NCBI GenBank assembly: GCA_036500965.1
Contig: DASYBC010000155.1
Coordinates: 1,230 to 65,229, forward strand
DNA: 64,000 bases
From: Stellaceae bacterium
GTDB lineage: Bacteria; Pseudomonadota; Alphaproteobacteria; ATCC43930; CGMCC-115725
Direction: 5' to 3'
Shown here: positions 33,701 through 40,824 of the stretch, in pieces
Layout of the letters: every line of letters starts with the position of its first letter
Numbering within the stretch: the stretch's first letter is position 1
Notes under the pieces: model-generated
The model's database searches: none
What the model was told of the DNA's origin: nothing
Seen by the model: only the letters and a program-made list of their open reading frames with translations
Position numbers and translations under genes: made by a program

Positions 33701-34740
33701 ACGTGGAGCGGTTGAACCAAAGCGACGCGGCGATCCCACAGCTCCGGGACGCAGCGGCGCGGGATCAGGACCGTGTTGACGTGCGAATGGCGCAGAACTT
33801 TCTCGGCGCTAATGAGGGGCAGGAGCTGGAAGCCGCGCTGCGGGGGCAGGCTCCCGCGGTGGGGATGCAGCGCCTTGTGGATATGACTAAGCAGGACGGC
33901 ACCGGGCAGGCGTTCCGCGGCCTTCAGCGGATGCTCTTCGACCGCACCCTTGCCGCGGGGCAGAAGTATGGCCCCGATGGCGGCACCTACTACTCCGGCC
34001 GGGCAGCACAAGCCTTCATGCAGGCGAACCGCGGTGCCTTCGGCGTGATGCGCCGGGCAGACCCCGTGGTCGGCGGAAACCTGGACCAGCTCGTCAACGG
34101 GCTTGCCGCGGAGGATGCGATCCGCGCGCGGCCGGATGTCGCCGGGCTGCCGAAGAGCCTCGCCACAGCCGCACCGATTGTCGGCCAGAGCGGGGTGAGC
34201 AAGGCTATCGGCGTGGCACTGCCTTATGCCGGGCGGCTGATTGGCGCGGACCTCGGGCGGAAGGCGGATACCGGGACGATCCAAATCCCCGGCATCGGCG
34301 CCGAGATCGGCGGGAAGGCCGCCGAAGGCATCTATCAGATGGTCACGGGGCGAGAAGCGCCGCACATCGCCGCGATGAATAACCTTCGGAATGCAATGTT
34401 CGACCCGGCGCTGACGCAGCAGTACCTCAGCGAGCAGAGGGCCGCGATGGCGCAGGCTGGCGGAGAAGCTGGCATGGGGTTCGCGGAAAGCCCGCTGCGT
34501 GGCAGGGCGGCCGGGCATCGCGCCGGGGTTCAAGCGACAGCGGTGCTCGGGCGGGGCATGACGCCCCTAGGGGCGCCCCCGCTCACACTAAGCCCGCAGC
34601 ATCCATGGGTCCGAGCGGCTGGTGTTGAGGCCGCGCACAGCGTTCTGAATGCGGATGAGACCACGCCGCCCGTGCAGCATCGCTACCCTGCGGTGCAGGG
34701 GCGAGGGCGAGGGCCGGGGCGCACGCCTTGGGATAGGTAA
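30739..34740 (+). CDS. giant orphan protein (1333 aa) with an N-terminal phage-tail-lysozyme-like domain
   Basis: GGAGG RBS upstream of the ATG at 30739. Residues ~55-190 (SAGLGVHSYEGGGTFDPTAQNPNSGAVGISQ...AARAWSHSFERPG) fit my recollection of the Phage_lysozyme2 / tail-tip lysozyme pattern (E-S-G-F-x-P ... SGA-x-GI-x-Q ... FERP). The remainder is Gly/Ala-rich with no recognised family. Confidence 0.65.
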   Translation: MALPGFDPGSGSADPLADPTAAAPAPQPVAAAAAPQPVYPAGGGDGGPTGASGPSLTPAAQTYVDRMASSGYTAEQISAGLGVHSYEGGGTFDPTAQNPNSGAVGISQDLGPRQTGLSAFLNSTGQTPSVASETDYDLSELRGPEAAADKAVRSASTVEDAARAWSHSFERPGAAGEAKEVPYAIDLGNRALPLVRARLAAAAGAAGGSTPSGSEANPAFIGAMTQQADPDRAAIDEALRMRARALGQPDPTLPGPPRVENVQLPSGETSPQPDPIGEALKLRAASRAAAGAAALKAAAGAEGSAAGGSGFPSNPLPDAGILHELAHDGKLLPGAVARGLTDLLGTPADAVSSLANYYAANPAQAAIAASGGMALSAPDLPAQPGATSPISALVAPATSRSITAAGNRAGAALGMGSGVLNSPAENGDYDVAHNAVFGLGRFVGAGVDPFNPLGLVGVGRGAYGVLRGVEGAGAALGKAALSAAGTHVLAPVAIAGGADAGEYATGVLGGQAAEQRFGNLVGIPLGIAFRGAGEGLLLKGLAGGKAGFAGVGKALGNGRPVFDNPSEALSNLGDGAFAASLPHPEAGLPEGYNVPGATASMDQAGQAFFQQTVHGDALASGNYRNLLDRNTQALRGAAPGGDPGDALNYVRSVEDARQQAVGLRIQQAQADADLAQIAASRGTSGQALMVGGPGKAQLFDYGGEVVNQLAAARDDAKGMADAAWDAARQDGFTSATTDTRPLYNAIEGLAQSSIKNLQAPGIFPYRELAPLYQDGDLRGMFDAMGARKAGTTAAGAGNGPNAVLQGPASLDTLHSLESSLGAAARQEQDAIRSGSGSGSPLRLRNLSAVRNVVTQTIEQGAQLSGNYAGMRNAMNATAAYYNTFGHGVIGDLLGSADHGDAPRKLASWLGNSTKAQAASQDFTTAMAHVGGAPGLNNALADYLRQDYLLVRGEGGPLAGQKWADNHAGFLQGASGPGATDPFSRLRSDVERLNQSDAAIPQLRDAAARDQDRVDVRMAQNFLGANEGQELEAALRGQAPAVGMQRLVDMTKQDGTGQAFRGLQRMLFDRTLAAGQKYGPDGGTYYSGRAAQAFMQANRGAFGVMRRADPVVGGNLDQLVNGLAAEDAIRARPDVAGLPKSLATAAPIVGQSGVSKAIGVALPYAGRLIGADLGRKADTGTIQIPGIGAEIGGKAAEGIYQMVTGREAPHIAAMNNLRNAMFDPALTQQYLSEQRAAMAQAGGEAGMGFAESPLRGRAAGHRAGVQATAVLGRGMTPLGAPPLTLSPQHPWVRAAGVEAAHSVLNADETTPPVQHRYPAVQGRGRGPGRTPWDR

Positions 34741-35222
34741 GGCGGCGGCCATGCATACCTCGGGGCCGGCGGCAGTGCCGCGAGCTCCTGCTGCGCAGCC
34801 TCCATGCGCTCGACAAAGACGGGATTGGGAACGCTGGTCCCTTTGAGGAAAGCGCGACAGCCAAGCTGTCTCTCCCACCCCTGGGTGCTCGTCGGCAGTG
34901 CTTGTCCCGGCCATACACGCCCTGGGGCCGTGATCGAGACATAGGGCCCGGAGCCAGAGAGGGCACGTTGGGCTGTGGGGTCGCGTGGCTGCCCCTCGGT
35001 CACGGTGTACCCTTTCCTGCGCAGCGCATCGGCGAAAGCGGGATTGAATGCGCGGTCGGGTAGGTACATCGGAGCCCCTCCCGCGAGGTCTTCCAGATAG
35101 CTCTTCCGCCCGGCTTCGCCGACCGCGCGAGCAGCGCGGAAAGGCATGCTGGCGACGCGCCAGAGGAGTTTGAGCAGGGTAGGGCCGAGCATGAGGAGCA
35201 GACCGATGATCAGGAGTTCCAT
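34683..35222 (-). CDS. N-terminally membrane-anchored protein, unknown function
   Basis: MELLIIGLLLMLGPTLLKLLW transmembrane anchor from the ATG at 35222. The 3' end overlaps the giant ORF convergently by 58 nt. Confidence 0.45.
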   Translation of the reverse strand: MELLIIGLLLMLGPTLLKLLWRVASMPFRAARAVGEAGRKSYLEDLAGGAPMYLPDRAFNPAFADALRRKGYTVTEGQPRDPTAQRALSGSGPYVSITAPGRVWPGQALPTSTQGWERQLGCRAFLKGTSVPNPVFVERMEAAQQELAALPPAPRYAWPPPYLSQGVRPGPRPRPCTAG

Positions 35223-35488
35223 GGTGGGGTCTCCGGGTGGGCGGGCTGGCGCCACGCCGAGTTGCTTAGATGGTCCGGGGGCGGGCCGGGCGTCAAGACT
35301 CGGTTTATTTGCAAGGGCTTACGCCCTACACGCTGCGGCTGCGGGCATGGCGCGGAACTTCTCGGCGCGTGGCCGAGTTGACCTAATCGGTAGGCGCCCT
35401 TCCGGCAGGAGCTGGCGCCGCACCGGGGGCCGTTTCACCGCTACGGCCTTTCTCGGGAGGAGCCCGGTTCCTCACAGGCCGGGCTCTT

Positions 35489-35698
35489 TCATATCCGCCG
35501 ACGCTCGCCCGTGACGACCATATCGACGCGCCGGCTACCGCACTGCCCGCACACAAGCCGCCCGCGCCACTCCGGGACCGTCATCTCGGCGCCGTAGCGC
35601 TGGGCCATCGCAGCCGGGTCGGGCTCAATCTGGTGGCGGCAATCAAGGCACCAGATTATGAACCGCACGCAGGCCGCAGCAGCGCCGCCAAGCGTCAT
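35489..35698 (-). CDS. small CxxC...CxxC zinc-ribbon protein
   Basis: MTLGGAAAACVRFIIWCLDCRHQ...LVCGQCGSRRVDMV. Resembles small orphan proteins common in alphaproteobacterial accessory DNA. Confidence 0.5.
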   Translation of the reverse strand: MTLGGAAAACVRFIIWCLDCRHQIEPDPAAMAQRYGAEMTVPEWRGRLVCGQCGSRRVDMVVTGERRRI

Positions 35699-35718
35699 CG
35701 GCTGGCCCGGTTCCGCCT

Positions 35719-35961
35719 TCACGGATCGTTCGCCGATCGCCGATAGAGCCTCGCGAACTCGCTGCCCGGATACCGTCTGACCGCGTTGGCGCGCAGCCAT
35801 TCGGCCGCTTCTCCGATGCTGCCGAGGGTGGCCTCTGCCGCAATCGCGTTGTCTGCGTCGCCGAGCTTGACCCGCCAGATGCCATCATAGAACCAAGAGA
35901 CCTCGCCGTTGATTTCGCTGTCGTGCAGCGCGGCGATGATCGCGCCGAGTTCGAGCTTCAT
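35719..35961 (-). CDS. hypothetical small protein
   Basis: 80 aa from an ATG that forms an ATGA overlap with the upstream stop (plus strand TCAT at 35958-35961). Confidence 0.45.
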   Translation of the reverse strand: MKLELGAIIAALHDSEINGEVSWFYDGIWRVKLGDADNAIAAEATLGSIGEAAEWLRANAVRRYPGSEFARLYRRSANDP

Positions 35962-36182
35962 GCGCCCCTCCATCGTCTCTTACCGCGCCCGACCCGCGGA
36001 CCTGCGCCGGCCGGCAGCGGCGGCAAGGGTTCCGGGCGAGGCGCCGGTGGTTCGATCTTATCGAGGATCGCTCGCAGCGGGGCGAGACGCGGCGACAGCG
36101 GATAGGGATCGGCACCGATCGCGTGACGGAGATGGGTGGCGAGTGCGGCGGCTTCAGCGTCGGTAAGATCAAGCGGCGGCAT
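35958..36182 (-). CDS. hypothetical small protein
   Basis: MPPLDLTDAEAAALATHLRHAIGADPYPLSPRLAPLRAILDKI. Recurrent small alphaproteobacterial orphan type. Start may instead be 36206. Confidence 0.45.
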   Translation of the reverse strand: MPPLDLTDAEAAALATHLRHAIGADPYPLSPRLAPLRAILDKIEPPAPRPEPLPPLPAGAGPRVGRGKRRWRGA

Positions 36183-36204
36183 GCTGGAGATATGGGGTGA
36201 GCGC

Positions 36205-36360
36205 ATGACCCGGCATAAGGCGATCGTCGCGATATTGCTCTTGTTGGCGCTGATCGGGTGCGCCCGCCCGGCCGTTACGCCATCCGCAGCCCAGGCACCG
36301 GCGACCGATGACACCATGCACGGTGGCGGCGATGGTGGCGGCGGCGGCGACGGAATGTGA
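36205..36360 (+). CDS. small lipoprotein with a Gly/His/Met-rich tail
   Basis: MTRHKAIVAILLLLALIGC lipobox. 51 aa, with GGAG upstream. Confidence 0.4.
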   Translation: MTRHKAIVAILLLLALIGCARPAVTPSAAQAPATDDTMHGGGDGGGGGDGM

Positions 36361-36508
36361 CCGCGCTGCGGGTGCGGCAGGATGGCGCAGCGGCTACGGG
36401 GATGCGACTGTCGTCCGGCGCGATACCATGGCCAGTAATTCCTCCCAACCTTGCCCCGTCCTCCGGCGGGGCTTTTCTTTTCCCCGAACGCGCGCACCCG
36501 CGGCCGGC

Positions 36509-37195
36509 TCAGCCTCGCCTATCGGCAGGTTCAAGCGGAGGAAACACCGGGCCGCGCCGGCGATGGATCAGCCCCAGCATGCCGAGGCCGCCTAGCAGGA
36601 CCCAGAGGCTCCGCGGCTCGGGCACCGCGGCGCTCGCCACCAGCATCCCCGCGTATTGCGCCGGGGAAGATGTCTCGTAGGCATCGGAGCCATAGCTGAT
36701 CGTGCCAACCGCGCCGGTGCTGATCTGGGCTGGGTTTTCCGAGCCCGGCGGAGTGCCATAGACCTCATCCGTGTCCCTCGCGTTGATGAAGAACAGCGAG
36801 AGGCTGGCGGTGCCGTCGGCCGGGTCCGCAGTCAGCCCTATTGTCCATATCGGGGTCTGGCTATCGAAGCCCTCCGTCGTGAAGTCGGCCAGGGTGATCG
36901 ACAGATTTCCGACATGCAGGTTGAATGACGCCAACTGTGGCGGAAATGGATACGGTGTCGGCGGCGTTGTCGGTGAGGTCGGGGGCGGCGCGAAGAGGCT
37001 GTCGGTGCTGAGCGACAAGTCGCCGTTCACCGTGAACGACAGGGACAGCGGCGGTGCCGGGCCGTCGAGCCCGTTGTTGGGCGGCACGTTCGAAATCGTT
37101 TCCCAGGTGTAAGTGACTGCGGCGGCCTGTGCACCGCTGGCGAGCCCAGCGAGGCATAGAGCAGCGCAGAGCGCGTAAGCGGCGCGACGCATCAT
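36509..37195 (-). CDS. PEP-CTERM sorting-domain secreted protein
   Basis: Signal peptide MMRRAAYALCAALCLAGLASGAQA. C-terminus VPEPRSLWVLLGGLGMLGLIHRRR is the canonical PEP motif plus TM helix plus Arg cluster. Confidence 0.75.
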   Translation of the reverse strand: MMRRAAYALCAALCLAGLASGAQAAAVTYTWETISNVPPNNGLDGPAPPLSLSFTVNGDLSLSTDSLFAPPPTSPTTPPTPYPFPPQLASFNLHVGNLSITLADFTTEGFDSQTPIWTIGLTADPADGTASLSLFFINARDTDEVYGTPPGSENPAQISTGAVGTISYGSDAYETSSPAQYAGMLVASAAVPEPRSLWVLLGGLGMLGLIHRRRGPVFPPLEPADRRG

Positions 37196-37400
37196 GACGA
37201 CCCTCCCGTTCGGGCGCGCGGCTTCCCGGCTGCGCCTTTCACTCTGACGCGAGAGTATGCTCACCCGGATCGCGGCCGGCGTGACAACCCGTGAGGTGCG
37301 TCAGGATGCCGCTGGGCAGCTCGACGGCCGGCAGGTCATGGCGACGACAACCTCTGCTAAGCTGCCCTCGGGAGGACGCAACTTTCCCGAAGGCAAGCAC

Positions 37401-37808
37401 ATGGCAAGCCCACCAGCCCCGCGGCGCCGCCGCTCGGGAGCCCTGATCTCCGCCGCCGCGGCATGCGCGCTGGCTGGCTGCGCAGTGCCTCTCCAGACAG
37501 TCCCGGCCTCCCGCGCGGCGTGCGTGAGCTACGGCTTCCAGCCGGGCAGCGATGCCCTGGCCGGCTGCACAGAACGGGAGCAGCGGCGGCACACGCTGCT
37601 GATTTACGGGGGTGGCCGCGGTGGCCGTATGCCGGCGGCTCCACAAGCGGATTTCAGCGAGCAATTCGGCGAGGCCGTGATCGGTTCTGGCGATTGCATC
37701 GGCGCCGTTGTGGCCGGAGTGTGCCACGGAACTCCGGCGCCCGGCGCCCCGACCGCAACCTGCTACGGCCAGATGGTCGGGGGCATCTGCACCGGGCCGA
37801 TGTTCTGA
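37401..37808 (+). CDS. lipoprotein, Cys-rich
   Basis: Lipobox AACALAGC, then a CVSYGFQPGSDALAGC motif typical of small alphaproteobacterial lipoproteins. Confidence 0.55.
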   Translation: MASPPAPRRRRSGALISAAAACALAGCAVPLQTVPASRAACVSYGFQPGSDALAGCTEREQRRHTLLIYGGGRGGRMPAAPQADFSEQFGEAVIGSGDCIGAVVAGVCHGTPAPGAPTATCYGQMVGGICTGPMF

Positions 37809-37828
37809 GCCGGCGGAGGATTTGCGTA

Positions 37829-38257
37829 ATGCTCAAGCCCCTTACTTGTGCCGCTATCCTCGCCGCTGCGACACCTGCCCTCGCTTCCGGGCCGACCCCG
37901 ACAGACGTTGCCGCCTTCTCTGCTGCCCTGGCGGGAATGCCAAGCTCGGCCGAAATACACCAAGAGCAAGCCAGAGGTGACCTACGCGGTTTCGTCGCAG
38001 CCGTGCGCAGAGTGATGGACGTTGCTACGGTGGTCGCAGAGCGCGACTACCCGCAACTCGGTGCCGGATGGAAAGCCTGCCAATCACACATGATCACCCG
38101 CGACGGCGGTCTGACGTACCAATTCGAGCCTTCCTACCAAACCGCATGCGCTCAGATCAGCGAGCGGCTGCTTCCCATTGAGCAGTTCGATTTCGACGCG
38201 CTTTCCCGAGCGTCGGAAGCTGCCGACCGCGCCGCGATCAGTAGGGCGTTGCGGTGA
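37829..38257 (+). CDS. secreted protein, unknown function
   Basis: GGAGGA RBS. Signal peptide MLKPLTCAAILAAATPALASG. 142 aa. Confidence 0.5.
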   Translation: MLKPLTCAAILAAATPALASGPTPTDVAAFSAALAGMPSSAEIHQEQARGDLRGFVAAVRRVMDVATVVAERDYPQLGAGWKACQSHMITRDGGLTYQFEPSYQTACAQISERLLPIEQFDFDALSRASEAADRAAISRALR

Positions 38258-38535
38258 GGCCGAAGCCGATGACCTCGCCGCGCCGCTGTGGAGCCGCCTT
38301 TGGTTTCGTGGCGCTGCCAGCTAATACCTCTTTTCTTCCTGTGGGAGCCCGTCACGCCCTCCGTCCGCGCCGTGCCGGGGCCGCAGCGCGGCTCCCACCC
38401 CCGCGGCTACCGCCCCCGATGCGGCGGGCAAACGGAGGCTCCGGCGGCGCCTAGATAGGAGGAAAGAGGTGTATGAGTGCCTCGGTGCGGAAACCAAAGG
38501 TAGCAGTCAAGGTCTCCGGCACGGCCGCTAAGCCC

Positions 38536-38838
38536 GTGTCCTGGTTTTGTGTCCTGGAAAAAATGGCAGTTTTTACCCCCTAATGCACTGAAAAACATTG
38601 TGTCCTCGGTGTCCTGGTTTTTCGCGAAGAGCTTCTGCATACTGTGTCTCCTATAGAGCTGGAGTTTTCAACAAAAGTTAGGACACGGAGGTAAGAATGG
38701 CAGTTTCTCTCTCGTAAGTGGCTGAAAGAGAACAAAACCCGTGTCCTAACCGTGTCCTGGTGGGTCCTGACTTTTTCAGGAAAAGTGAACAAAATCAATA
38801 CAAGCCGTGTCCTGACTTTTTCAGCAAAACCAGGACAC
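38536..38838. repeat. iteron array (about 10 copies of GTGTCCT(G/A), both orientations): putative replication origin
   Basis: Direct copies at 38536, 38549, 38600, 38609, 38741, 38752 and 38807. Variants at 38644 and 38762. Inverted copies at 38680-38686 and 38831-38838. Embedded longer repeats TCCTGACTTTTTCAG (x2) and AATGGCAGTTT (x2). The region is AT-rich and non-coding, directly 3' of the helicase gene. Confidence 0.7.
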
Positions 38839-38902
38839 GGCAACCGGGGGTGGAGAAGAGGTTGCTCCCACCCCATGCGGTAGTGTGCAGCCCGGACGCA
38901 GC

Positions 38903-40438
38903 TCAGCCGGTAGACGCAGCAACGCGGCTCGCAAGTGGGACGACCACACCCATTGGCTGCTTGCTGAGTGCGTCTGCATCATAGCGGCGAATGCCGCGGT
39001 AGACACGCTCGCGTTCCCCGCCACGGCCACCGGGCCGCGCAACCGTCACGCTGGGCAAAGCCTTGTTGAGCGCCATGTCGAACTTCGTCTTCGACATGGG
39101 TTTGTGGTCGTTGGCAATGCACCAACTCTTGTAAGCCGCATGGGTGTGATCGCGACTATCGCTTAGCTCTTTCCCCACTTGCAGCCGGTCATCAATGAAC
39201 TTGAGGATTGGGCTGGTCGCAAACCGCATCATCTCCATCAGCTCGGCCGAGTTGGTTGGTTGCGTGAAGCACCCGTTTTCCCTCAAGGCACGAAGACCCT
39301 CCAGCGCCCAATTCAGTATGCCGGGGAGTTCTTTCGCCAACCGATCACGCAACGTTAGGTCCTCCCGGCCGTAGAAGCTTTCGAGGAACCGGATCAGAAT
39401 GAAACGATCGGCGATGACGCCACTGTCATCCGAGAACTCCGGTGCATAGTTCGAGTTGATGAGGAAACGCACATTGAGCGTCCCGGTCCAGTCGTCTTTA
39501 TTCTTCCGGGGTACGGTGATATCGTCTTCACCGCTCAGTGTGAGGAACCGGGAAACTAGCTCCGAAGTATCTCCCTTCAGGCGCGCGTCTCCGACAATAG
39601 CGAGACGTTTGTCGATCAGGCAAGCCATGCCGAATTGCTGCGCTAGGCCGGTCATTGTCGGGTGGACAACATTCTCAGTCCCGATCACTAGTTGCAACGT
39701 AGAGGCTATGGTGCCTTTGCCACTTCGCTTCTCGCCCGAGTGGGCGAAGATTTTCTGCTGCCGAGTATCGTTAGTGACGAAGTAGCCGAACTCCTGTTGA
39801 AGTGCAGCGCGGCTCTCGGGGTCGGGAAGAACATCGCGAATGAACTTCTCCCAGGTGGGCGCCTTGGCCTTCGGGTCGTAGTCATACCCAACTGAGTTCA
39901 TGGAGAGGAACGTGGGCGTGTGGGGCAGAAGTTGCCAGGTCTTCAGGTTGAGAAGCCCGTTTCTGCACGGCAGAATGTCGGCGGGATCGTTGGCTAGGTC
40001 ATCTTCGGTCGCCGCCGGCATCCACGCAGGGGCCTTGATGGTCCCGGAGACGCGCACGATGCTGCGCAGCGCATCAATGAACTTGTTCACTGTACGATCG
40101 TCCGGGTAGAACCGACGCCGGACAGTCTTCATCTCCCCGTTTTCGTCGGGCTCTTGCGAGAGCGTGTATGCGCTGCCGAGGAACTCATAGACGATGGCTC
40201 GAATGTCGCCATCTTCCAGGGTGCTGTAATGTGTGCCAATCCAGCGGTAGAACAGGCCGCGGTAGTGGATGAGGGGCGTGGTGCCGAATTGAGTTTCGGC
40301 GAATGTTCCTGCCATCCCACGCCAATCCCGTGAGTTGATCAACCAACCTTCCAGGCTTGCACCCGACGTTGTTTCGGCGGCCTCAGACCCCTTGTTCTCA
40401 GGCTGCGGCGCACCATATACTGTATTGTTCGTGGTCAC
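38903..40438 (-). CDS. P4/D5-family SF3 replicative helicase (phage/plasmid primase C-terminal NTPase type)
   Basis: 511 aa. Walker A GEKRSGKGT, then AIVGDARL...SGEDDITVPRKNKDDW...FLINSNYAP...DRFILIRF, colinear with the P4-alpha / poxvirus D5 C-terminal region. No separate primase domain recognised. Confidence 0.8.
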   Translation of the reverse strand: MTTNNTVYGAPQPENKGSEAAETTSGASLEGWLINSRDWRGMAGTFAETQFGTTPLIHYRGLFYRWIGTHYSTLEDGDIRAIVYEFLGSAYTLSQEPDENGEMKTVRRRFYPDDRTVNKFIDALRSIVRVSGTIKAPAWMPAATEDDLANDPADILPCRNGLLNLKTWQLLPHTPTFLSMNSVGYDYDPKAKAPTWEKFIRDVLPDPESRAALQQEFGYFVTNDTRQQKIFAHSGEKRSGKGTIASTLQLVIGTENVVHPTMTGLAQQFGMACLIDKRLAIVGDARLKGDTSELVSRFLTLSGEDDITVPRKNKDDWTGTLNVRFLINSNYAPEFSDDSGVIADRFILIRFLESFYGREDLTLRDRLAKELPGILNWALEGLRALRENGCFTQPTNSAELMEMMRFATSPILKFIDDRLQVGKELSDSRDHTHAAYKSWCIANDHKPMSKTKFDMALNKALPSVTVARPGGRGGERERVYRGIRRYDADALSKQPMGVVVPLASRVAASTG

Positions 40439-40507
40439 TTAAGTTCTCCAGGGCGGCTTGTCCCCGCCTCTTGGCTTCTCAGGGCTCCCCCAGCGGGAGC
40501 CCTTTCT

Positions 40508-40696
40508 TTATTCACGGCCTCGCGCCTCGGTGCCGGCCGAGCGGGCAGCCGCTTCCCTCACTGCCTCGGCGACAAATCGGCTCATCGTGACATCCCTCTT
40601 CGCCGCTTCGACCCTCGCGAGGTGCCGGACCTCCGCGGGGACCAGGAGCTTCCACTGGACGATCTCCGGGTTGCCCTTGTCGTTTCGCTCATGCAT
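40508..40696 (-). CDS. ribbon-helix-helix (CopG/Arc-like) protein
   Basis: 62 aa. WKLLVPAEVRHLARVEAAKRDVTMSRFVAEAVREA follows the RHH beta-alpha-alpha pattern. Confidence 0.6.
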   Translation of the reverse strand: MHERNDKGNPEIVQWKLLVPAEVRHLARVEAAKRDVTMSRFVAEAVREAAARSAGTEARGRE

Positions 40697-40824
40697 CGCT
40701 CTTCCTTCGCACCCCCAGGGGCGCACTGTGCAGACGGGCCAATCCCCGTCCTTCGCTTCACCTAAGTACTTTACCGCACGCACTGGGAGGGCTCGCAAGA
40801 CCCGCAGCGCGCGGCGCCCCTGCC

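Noticed and set aside
38341-38398. 9-bp inverted repeat GTGGGAGCC ... GGCTCCCAC with a 40-nt loop downstream of the secreted-protein gene.
   Set aside because: The loop is too long for a terminator and there is no U-tract. It could be fortuitous in GC-rich DNA.
38536-38838. Possibility that the short repeats form a CRISPR array.
   Set aside because: Repeat units are only 7-9 bp, spacing is irregular (9 to ~120 bp), both orientations occur, and no cas genes are present.
38580-38876. 98-aa minus-strand ORF with repeated EKVRT segments.
   Set aside because: The apparent protein repeat is just the translation of the GTGTCCTGACTTTTTCAG iterons. The region is better explained as non-coding origin DNA.
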